A stretch of 12,368 nt of DNA from Promethearchaeota archaeon (GTDB taxonomy: Archaea > Asgardarchaeota > Lokiarchaeia > Sigyniarchaeales > SOKP01). Made by a program: the position numbers and the translations under genes. The stretch lies in the NCBI GenBank assembly GCA_048940445.1, contig JBHLON010000066.1:1-12368 (forward strand), given 5' to 3'. The notes below the pieces were generated by a model, which saw only the letters and a program-made list of their open reading frames with translations, had not been told where the DNA came from and did not search any database. This document shows positions 1 through 7,900 of this stretch, in pieces (the first letter of the stretch is position 1; each line of letters opens with the position of its first letter).

Positions 1-1577
1 TTAGGGAGTTTCTTTATCCTTTCGATTAATTTTTGTGGTAGTTCTTTGTATATCTCTACTAAACCCGTAAGATATTTAGCTTGTTCTTCTTTAGTTAAGA
101 AAGCTAATTCTTTTAGAATTTCTTTCTTCTCTTTTTTAGGTATATTAAGGTCATTTATCTGTTTTCTAATCTCTTTTGATAGGACTGAAAATATTTTCGA
201 AAAATACTCTTTAACAATTTTTTTATCCTTTTCATTTTTTACTGGAAGTAAAGAATCATGAAGTCTTAATTTATCCATATTAGTGCCTTGTGGTGTAGTA
301 ACAGATCTGACTTCTATAGGTTTTTTTTCTTCTACTTTCTCTTCTTCAATATGATCAGCTTCCTCTTCTACTTCATGTTGGGAGGTCTCTTCTCCTCCTT
401 CTTTAGACAATTCTTGTTTAGACTCTATAGGTAATTCTTGTTTAGATTCTATTTCAGTGAATTCTTCTTGCTTTTCAATTTTCTCTGCTTTATCAAGTGT
501 ATAATCTTCCTTAGGGATTACTCTTTCGGGTTTTTTCACCCTTTCATATCCAGGGTACTCAACTTTCTTTATTTCGACAACTTCTTGAAATTTTGATAAA
601 TCTGATGGCTTTCTAGCAGCCAAGAAAAACATTAGGATTCCTTTTAATAAAATAAATATGCCGATTGCAAAAAAGATTGTTCCGAATATTCCTAAGATAA
701 AAGTACCAATAGCCACTTTAAAAGATAGCAACTTTTTCTCTCTGATTTTCTCTCTCCTTCGAGCATCAATAATGAGAATTAACATGGGAATAAAGCAGTA
801 CAATGCTAAGATTATTGAAATAATTGTAAATATTATCCATGGATCCAAACTACTAATTCTTAGCGAAATGAAGTTAATTAGACTTATTATAGGTCTTGCT
901 TGTAAATTAATTAGAGCAAATCTATATAAAACAAGAAAAGTAATGATAATTCCAGCTTTCGCAGAAAATTCATTGAGTGAATCCTTCATTTTTAGCCCAA
1001 AATTGTAAAGTCTATATGTTTTTTCTTTAGAATTAATAGCTACATATATAAAGATTAATATCCCCTTTATTAAGAGAAGCACTCCTACGCCATAAATAAT
1101 ACAACCCAATATACCAAAACAAAAAGCATCTAATAGTATTTCATCATATCTTTCAGCTTCGATTCTCGGTGAAATATGACTTATATCATATGCAACTATT
1201 AATAATCCAGCTGTTCCAAAAGATAAATGCCTAATTAAAATGTTAATCCAATTATTTGGATCAATGAAAATTTCAAATAATAAACCAATATAAATTCCTG
1301 AGAATATAAGTATAGGTAAATAAGCAAATTTATTGAATTTTTTAATTGCATTACTTAATTTAGACCTACGTCTATCAGTTATTGCATATGTCGGAGTTTT
1401 AGCAGAAGGAATTTTAGGATGTTTTAATTCTGGTTGCTTAAATTTTATTCCCTCTAAAGAAAATGGAGTTCCACACATTTCACAATAAACTTGAACCTTA
1501 TTTTCAATAAGTTCAGACAATTCTTTTGGAAATACATATCCACATTCCCGACATATGAATAATTTTTCTTTAACCAT
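1..1577 (-). CDS. Zinc-ribbon-containing polytopic membrane protein, hypothetical (>525 aa, C-terminus runs off the window)
   Basis: Not in the ORF track. Manual translation from the ATG at 1577 stays open to position 1. It begins MVKEKLFICRECGYVFPKELSELIENKVQVYCEMCGTPF (CxxC-x19-CxxC), followed by several hydrophobic segments, a Glu/Lys-rich linker (EEFTEIESKQELPIESKQELSKEGGEETSQHEVEEEADHIEEEKVEEKK) and a helical region ending ...KELPQKLIERIKKLP. A 525-codon frame without stops in such AT-rich DNA is very unlikely by chance. Confidence 0.9.
   Translation of the reverse strand, partial: MVKEKLFICRECGYVFPKELSELIENKVQVYCEMCGTPFSLEGIKFKQPELKHPKIPSAKTPTYAITDRRRSKLSNAIKKFNKFAYLPILIFSGIYIGLLFEIFIDPNNWINILIRHLSFGTAGLLIVAYDISHISPRIEAERYDEILLDAFCFGILGCIIYGVGVLLLIKGILIFIYVAINSKEKTYRLYNFGLKMKDSLNEFSAKAGIIITFLVLYRFALINLQARPIISLINFISLRISSLDPWIIFTIISIILALYCFIPMLILIIDARRREKIREKKLLSFKVAIGTFILGIFGTIFFAIGIFILLKGILMFFLAARKPSDLSKFQEVVEIKKVEYPGYERVKKPERVIPKEDYTLDKAEKIEKQEEFTEIESKQELPIESKQELSKEGGEETSQHEVEEEADHIEEEKVEEKKPIEVRSVTTPQGTNMDKLRLHDSLLPVKNEKDKKIVKEYFSKIFSVLSKEIRKQINDLNIPKKEKKEILKELAFLTKEEQAKYLTGLVEIYKELPQKLIERIKKLP
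409..452. repeat. In-frame 24-bp-period tandem duplication (IESKQELP/IESKQEL) in the acidic linker
   Basis: aattcttgtttagactctat (409-428) and aattcttgtttagattctat (433-452) are identical at 19 of 20 positions. Confidence 0.85.
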
Positions 1578-1593
1578 CTGAATATCACACTAA

Positions 1594-1604
1594 TATATTT
1601 ATAA
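1594..1604 (-). promoter_or_regulatory. Candidate TATA box for the zinc-ribbon membrane protein gene
   Basis: The minus strand reads TTATAAATATA, with its first 8 nt 20-27 nt upstream of the ATG at 1577, near the archaeal leaderless-promoter spacing. The AT-rich background makes this weak evidence. Confidence 0.3.
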
Positions 1605-1691
1605 TTCAATTTATTTTTTTTTCATTTTTAAAAACAGACTTAGTTTTTTAAAGATGCTATAGCGTTAATTTAATTATAAATTCTCTGAATT

Positions 1692-1716
1692 AAAAAAAAA
1701 TTGGAGTCCAATTTTT
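1692..1716 (-). terminator. Perfect inverted repeat overlapping a T-tract; candidate terminator or operator
   Basis: On the plus strand, AAAAATTGGA-G-TCCAATTTTT (1696-1716) has 10-bp arms. On the minus strand it ends in T9 (1700-1692) and starts about 21 nt downstream of the stop codon at 1738. Confidence 0.45.
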
Positions 1717-1737
1717 GGGATTCTAGGCTAAATTAAA

Positions 1738-3303
1738 TTACATGAGAAGTTCTTTCCAGTTTATATTTTTAATTGTAATGTGGAGATAATGATCATCATC
1801 CACAATATTATATTTAAGGTTTTGAAACATATCTTTAGCTCTTTTCATTGCTTGTTCCAAAGGAACTACTTTATCATTTTTACCATGATATACAACAACA
1901 GGAATCCCAATTGGCTCAAATTTCGAATCTATTAGTTCCTCCATTGTAAAAAATGGGGCGAACAAGATTAAACGTTCTACCTTTTCTGGATTTTGCAAAG
2001 CGTATAAAGCTCCCATCAAACCTCCAAAACTTGAGCCGATAATTATCCATTGATCTCTTTCTTCCAAAATAGTTTTTAATTGCATCATTCTTTCGAATAA
2101 GATTGATTTTAAACTCTTTTCTGAATTATAAGGTTTGAAATCTGGTATAAGGATGTTCGGAAATATTGATTTTAAATATTGTCCTTTAAATCCTTTACCC
2201 GAACTTTCAAGTCCATGAATGAAAATAATATTGTAATCGCTTTTATACGAACTAGAACTAAAATCTTCACGAAATTTCTTTAATTCTTTTCTATAGCCTA
2301 AAAACATTAATAAAAAAAGAATAGAAAAATCTATTGCAATAATCGTTAGTGTTATACCATAATATTTATATGTATAATTTATTAAATTTAACCCTATACC
2401 AATTATAAAGCCCGTTAGGAGCCTTGAACTAGTTGTACTTTTTCTCAATAGTAACCTCTGTGTACCCCAATCTATCAAACCTGGAATAGGAGCCAATATC
2501 ATTAAAAATAATGCAATTTCGGGGCTAGGAGAAACATGAAATATCAAATTTATTAAATGGAAGAAAAATAATGTGATGATTCCACCTATGATTACACCTG
2601 AACATCTGGAGCAAAAATATATTTTAGTCCTTCCAAATTTTAAATGAAAGGTGTGGTCACTGGCAGAGAGTGGATGATGAGTTAAAATTAAATTATAGAT
2701 ATGGTGTTCTTCCCTCGCTAGATACCAATCATACAAATATAATAAAGCGGGGACAAAAAAAACTGCTGAAATTAAAGCTTGAATTAGGAATTTAGTTCCA
2801 TAATTAATTATAATAATAAATACATCAACTCCTCCCCTACTTACAATGAATTGAAAGATAATGATCTCTATAAATGTGATCAATGAAGAAATGCCCAATA
2901 TTAGAACAATTTTCAACATTTTTTTTTGATTTCGATACATTAATGGTTTATATTTGTATAATCCACAAATTAACCCATATATTGAAATAATTATTATCCA
3001 ATCAAGACGAATGGAGGAATAAAAAGATAATTGAAACAATAATTCACTTATAAAGCCAGAGATAAATCCATGTACTGAACCTGCAAGAACACTAAAAAAA
3101 GTAAATATAAGTAAAGTAAAATTGAAGTTTACTGAAAAATTATTGCTTTTTATAAAGGGGGTGGAAATAGAACCAAAAAGCTCTGAAGCATAAAAATAAC
3201 ACATAATAATAAAGATTTCAATAAGAATATTTACAAATATTGTGCGCTTTGTAATCTTTTGACCTTGATCTTCACTTATTCTCTTATCTATAGAATGTTC
3301 CAA
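1738..3303 (-). CDS. Membrane fusion protein: ECF S-component-like domain + DUF2085-like membrane domain + C-terminal alpha/beta hydrolase (YqiA/UPF0227-like esterase)
   Basis: 521 aa with a TTG start and an in-frame TAG two codons upstream. The N-terminal hydrophobic domain contains FFSVLAGSVHGFISGFISELL and WIIIISIYGLICG (S-component-like). The middle contains THHP...HTF...FCSRCSG and IDWGTQRLLLRKSTTSSRLLTGFIIG (DUF2085-like CxRC and DxxTQ...S...RxxTG). The C-terminus has FIHGLESS, GSSFGG (Ser425), HGKND (Asp477) and DDDH (His505). The hydrolase call is strong. The two membrane-domain calls rest on motif recognition only. Confidence 0.8.
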   Translation of the reverse strand: MEHSIDKRISEDQGQKITKRTIFVNILIEIFIIMCYFYASELFGSISTPFIKSNNFSVNFNFTLLIFTFFSVLAGSVHGFISGFISELLFQLSFYSSIRLDWIIIISIYGLICGLYKYKPLMYRNQKKMLKIVLILGISSLITFIEIIIFQFIVSRGGVDVFIIIINYGTKFLIQALISAVFFVPALLYLYDWYLAREEHHIYNLILTHHPLSASDHTFHLKFGRTKIYFCSRCSGVIIGGIITLFFFHLINLIFHVSPSPEIALFLMILAPIPGLIDWGTQRLLLRKSTTSSRLLTGFIIGIGLNLINYTYKYYGITLTIIAIDFSILFLLMFLGYRKELKKFREDFSSSSYKSDYNIIFIHGLESSGKGFKGQYLKSIFPNILIPDFKPYNSEKSLKSILFERMMQLKTILEERDQWIIIGSSFGGLMGALYALQNPEKVERLILFAPFFTMEELIDSKFEPIGIPVVVYHGKNDKVVPLEQAMKRAKDMFQNLKYNIVDDDHYLHITIKNINWKELLM

Positions 3304-3330
3304 AATCTAACCAAGTTGTTTGTTTATGAT

Positions 3331-3990
3331 TTAATTAAATATATGATCCAATTCTTCTAGTAATTTTTGCTTTGTTAATTCAAATCCTTTACGGAGGACT
3401 TTTAAAATTATATTCTTGCCAGCTAATACTTTTAATATAGAAGGATCTTTTTCCACAATTTCTATACCCGCTTCATTAAAATCTAATTGCCTCTTTAAAG
3501 CATAAAATGCTTTTTCCTTCGTTTTAAATGCTGCGCGGGATAATTCATCATAATTTGTTATGTTATCTTCATTAACACTCAGGAGTATAATGCTCTCTTG
3601 AACTTGTGTAATAAAACATTTCTTTGTAATTTCTTTTAAATTGGGGTAGTTCTTATGATCTCTCTTACACTGTCTATCAGTTTGGTCATTCTGAAGATAA
3701 ATAATAAAGTTTTTATCAATTATTTGATTGAATTTTTCCTCTGAGTAGTTACCATCTTTTATAAGTTCCTTAGCAGAATTAAGAGTCACTTTTATCTGTT
3801 CTAATGTACCTTTCCGAGCATCTTTACCCCAATATTGATAAAAAGATTTTACTACTGGTTTAACTACTACATTCAATACTCCTAAATCTAATTCACTATC
3901 TAATAAAGCTTTACCAAAATTTAAAGAAATTTCGGTCTGTTCTTTCATTCGTTCTTCTAAAATCCTATAATTCCGTTCTAGATGAGCCAT
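3331..3990 (-). CDS. Hypothetical alpha-helical protein, tandem paralogue A (219 aa)
   Basis: Long ORF aligning end to end with the neighbouring 221-aa ORF. No family recognised. Confidence 0.9.
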   Translation of the reverse strand: MAHLERNYRILEERMKEQTEISLNFGKALLDSELDLGVLNVVVKPVVKSFYQYWGKDARKGTLEQIKVTLNSAKELIKDGNYSEEKFNQIIDKNFIIYLQNDQTDRQCKRDHKNYPNLKEITKKCFITQVQESIILLSVNEDNITNYDELSRAAFKTKEKAFYALKRQLDFNEAGIEIVEKDPSILKVLAGKNIILKVLRKGFELTKQKLLEELDHIFN

Positions 3991-4101
3991 TTTGACATTT
4001 TCATCTTGAATTGTTATTTAACTACTTGAGTCCCTTAAATTGGTCTAATTTTGTTTTAAATATGACTAAAAAATTTGAAAATAATATTCAAATTAATATT
4101 T

Positions 4102-4767
4102 TTAATGTTTATGATTATATGTATCATTTAGTGCTTTCATAAATTCTTTTTTTGTTTGCTCAAAACCTTTCCGCAAAACTTTAACGATTATTCTTTTGGC
4201 AACTGGGATACTGAGAATACTTGGATCTTCTTCAATTAAACTTATTGACTCATCAGTGTATTCTAATTGCTTCATCAAATTTTTTTGGGCATTTTCTTTA
4301 GTACTAAATGCGATTCTACACAAATCACCGTAGTCATTTACTTCTTCCGCAACAATTAAAAAAGATACAACTTCTTTCACATAATTAATAAAGGTTTTCT
4401 TGGCTATTTCAACTAATTTATTGTAATTCTTGTGAGACTTTCTGCACTGATGTGTTGTTTGATCTGCTTTAAGATACTTAGGAAAAAACTCTTCAATTAT
4501 TCTATTGAAATCATGTTCAGAATCTGTATAAATAACTAGTTTCTTTCCCGCTTCTAACGTAACTTTTATCTGTTGCATGGTACCATATCGAGCATCATTT
4601 TGAGTCCAATAATCATAAAATGTTCTTACTATTGGTTTTACTATGAAATTGAGGATACCTGTGTCTAATTCAGTGTCGATTAGTTTTCTGCCCAACTTAA
4701 AAGACGTCTCCATTTGTTCAATCATTCGTGCTTCAACTATGTGTGAGTTGCGTTCGATATAAGCCAT
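4102..4767 (-). CDS. Hypothetical alpha-helical protein, tandem paralogue B (221 aa)
   Basis: Long ORF with about 107 identities over about 220 positions to paralogue A by manual alignment. A purine-rich GAAGGGGA lies 7 nt upstream of the ATG. Confidence 0.9.
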   Translation of the reverse strand: MAYIERNSHIVEARMIEQMETSFKLGRKLIDTELDTGILNFIVKPIVRTFYDYWTQNDARYGTMQQIKVTLEAGKKLVIYTDSEHDFNRIIEEFFPKYLKADQTTHQCRKSHKNYNKLVEIAKKTFINYVKEVVSFLIVAEEVNDYGDLCRIAFSTKENAQKNLMKQLEYTDESISLIEEDPSILSIPVAKRIIVKVLRKGFEQTKKEFMKALNDTYNHKH

Positions 4768-4966
4768 GATTAAATCCCCTTCAGTTTAAAAATCTATTAA
4801 ATGATAAATATATTAGTTAAATAAAAGAAAAAATTAATTTAATAATTTTTAATAATTATAATAGTTTTAAAGATTTGTTAAGATGATTTCATTCATTCTT
4901 TTATAGTTAATTTCAAATACATTAAAAAACACCCTAATTATTAAAAATAAGAAAAAATAGATTAAA
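4768..4966. promoter_or_regulatory. Divergent promoter region between the paralogue cluster and the 1237-aa gene
   Basis: A 199-bp very AT-rich gap between head-to-head start codons. Individual elements cannot be assigned reliably. Confidence 0.55.
4775..4782 (-). promoter_or_regulatory. Possible Shine-Dalgarno sequence for paralogue B
   Basis: The minus strand reads GAAGGGGA-tttaatc-ATG, the only G-run in an otherwise very AT-rich intergenic region. Confidence 0.35.
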
Positions 4967-7900
4967 ATGCGTTATATTTTCAAGATATTAATCTTAGGTA
5001 ATGTAGAATATATTCCCTATTTCCTTACTAATGCATTTTCTGAGAATGGTGAAGAAAAAGATAGTATTTTATTGTGGTATAAAGAAATCAATGTATTTGA
5101 AGATGTTTGTGATTTAGAAGTTGATGCTATATCTGATATGATAAACACTAATTTTGATGAGATTCTTCCAGAAGTAGATGGGATAATTTACTTTCTAAAT
5201 CCACAAAACAAAGAGGAATTAGAGTATTTTGATCTAATTCTTCCTATTATCGATTCAGTTAAAAGAAATATTCCTATGGTCATAATATATTACAATTCTG
5301 ACGGGATAATCCCGATTTCTTCTAATGAATTACTCGAAAATTTATGGATAAAATATCCTCAATTAGAAGCTTTTGTTAATGTTTCTCCAAGAGAGTTCTA
5401 TCAACCACTTCAATGTTTAGGTCTAGCGATGATTACAGGAGACACACCCTTAAATATTGAAAATGCTTGGATGCGATTTCCAATTTTTATCTTGTTAGCA
5501 AATTTATATTTCGAAAGGCAACAATACTTTTATGCTGCTCAAGCAATTCGAAAAGCTGCTATGATTGCAGACATATTCAATAAAACTGAATTTTATATAA
5601 TTAGCGAGCAAGCAGCTTTACTTTATTCGAAAGTAAATTTATATTTAGAAGCCTCAAAAATTTTACAAAGTATAGATAAACGCAAATCTGAAAACTTTAA
5701 GAAATTATATGGGGAATCTATTATTTTAGAAGGAAATAAACTATTCAATAAGAGAAATTTTGAGGCTGCAGCTAAGCAGTATTTAGTAGCAGCTCAGTGG
5801 GCTACAATAGAATTAAGAGATATAGAATTAAGAAATGAAACCTTCAAATTGGCAATTAATTCATGGATATCTGCTTGCAAAGTTGAAAATTCTTTTAAAA
5901 TTCTAAATAGTTTACCACACTCCATTGTTCTTACAATTTTAAACGAGATTGATGATAAGATAATCGCAGCCGCTAATTTTTTAGTGAGAAACGAAAACCT
6001 AAATAGAGCAATAGATCAAATCTATAGGGCTATAACTGTCTATCAAAGAGAAGGACTTTTTGATCTTCTAGAAAAATTCACATATAAACAAGTTGATATA
6101 TTGATTAAGCTTTTAGAATTACAGATTAAGGAAAGAGATAATTATTCTGCTAAATCTACATATGATGAGATAGAAAACTTATGGGAATCTTATGGTGTAA
6201 AAAAGACTAATCTTGACAAATTATTAGAGGAATTAATTGAGCTTTTCCTAAACGAGTTAAATTTTGGGATAGCCACTGATTTAATGAATAAATTAAATTC
6301 TCTAGCTGGTAAAAAAAAATTAACTAAAATTAGAGAGAAAATAGAAGAAGAAGCTAAGGAATCAAGAAAAAAGGAATTTCAAGAGAATCTTGATAAAGGT
6401 CTCACGGTAATAAAGGAATTTCTTGAGGAAGAATTAAAGATTATAACAAATTTAAATGAACAGATAATTAAAGAAGCTAATATATTAGTTGAGAGTAATG
6501 AATTCATCAAGGCTGCTGAGCGAATAAAGAATCAGGCAAATTTTTTGAGAAATATTGGGAAAGAAGGGATTCAGGAAGAATTGCTTGAAAAATCATTAGA
6601 TATATTGCTTGTAGGTAAATCTATGACCCAATTTTTTATAATTTTTACGGAGTTATCTGAAACAACAAAAGAAAGATATTTAATAGAAAGCTTTCAAGTC
6701 ATTTCCAAAATGTTAAAAGAAATGAGGAATAAGAAAGACTTTCATGAACTAGAAAGAATATATGGAAATCTAATAAAGATATATAGAGATCAGGAATTAT
6801 ATGAACTAGCTCAAACAATTACAGAGGAATATATCGAAGTGATAAAATCATATGCAATTCAAATTTTAGAAACTGAAAAAAGTGCCCGGGGAATAGAACG
6901 TGTATTAAATTTAGTAAATAGAATATTAGAAATTTCACATGCTTATTTAGAAGATAAAAAAATTAATCTTAACGATATTTATAAAATTATCGCTGAAATA
7001 TACATTGAACTTGGAAATCTATCAGAAGCTCATGCCATTAACGATCTAATTGACAATAAGTCGATTAACGCAGAAATTAACAGAGAAATCGAAAGAATCG
7101 AATCACAAAGAAGTGCAATTGAAATTAAGGAAGCTGAAGAGGCTCATAGAAGAGAAACTCTTCCAGAAAGGCTATCCCATATACAAATGATAGCTAGGGG
7201 TGAATTTATTAGTCATTATAATCAACTTAGACAGAGAAGAGCCTATAGGAGGGCATATTTCGATGCGGCTTTGAAATTTTTAGACTCTAAGGACTATGAA
7301 AAAGCAATTGAAAAATATGAAGAAAGTATTCATCAACTAATTAAGATCAAGCAATATAACTTAGCTGGAATATCATTAGCTGTAATGGCTGTTATTAGAT
7401 TGAAACAAGAAAAATTTAATTTAGTTGAACCCTTATTGAAAAAAATTAAAGATACTTATCCTAAATTAGTACGCTTATTATCAGAAACATTTTCAGTTAT
7501 ATTAATTGAGTATCTTATCGATTTAAATAAAATTAAGAAAATATTTTTAATGGATTATGTAAACTTCTTTGAAATCCTGCCGTTGTTTAAAGAAGAAGAA
7601 ATATTCATAGAGAAAGATAAGAGTAAGGAATTACGAGAAGAAATTCCAATCAGTTCAATAGAAATGGATAACTTGAAAGAAAAAATAGTTAATTTAGCTG
7701 ATAAAATCCAATTAGAGAAATCTGATATTGCAAAGAGAAAATTAATGAGAGATCAATACTGGAGATATGCTTTGGAAGACCTTTCAAATAAGAGATATTA
7801 TGTAGCAGCAATAGATGATTATCTTAATGTAATCCCCCAATTAATGGAAAAAAAGTTTTATAAACAAACGGCAGTTAGCCTCATAATTGGATGCCTATTA

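Noticed and set aside
46-261. 71-aa plus-strand ORF
   Set aside because: Antisense shadow of the long minus-strand CDS (<1..1577). Its F/S/L-rich composition mirrors the K/E codons on the other strand.
658-1008. 116-aa plus-strand ORF
   Set aside because: Antisense to the membrane domain of the <1..1577 gene, with no recognisable motif.
1627-1652. Imperfect inverted repeat tttaaaaac-agactta-gttttttaaa
   Set aside because: Made almost entirely of A/T runs with a bulge, which is expected by chance at this base composition.
4828-4870. Short ttaataatt direct repeats in the divergent intergenic region
   Set aside because: Low-complexity AT sequence with no spacer structure. Not a CRISPR array or iteron set.
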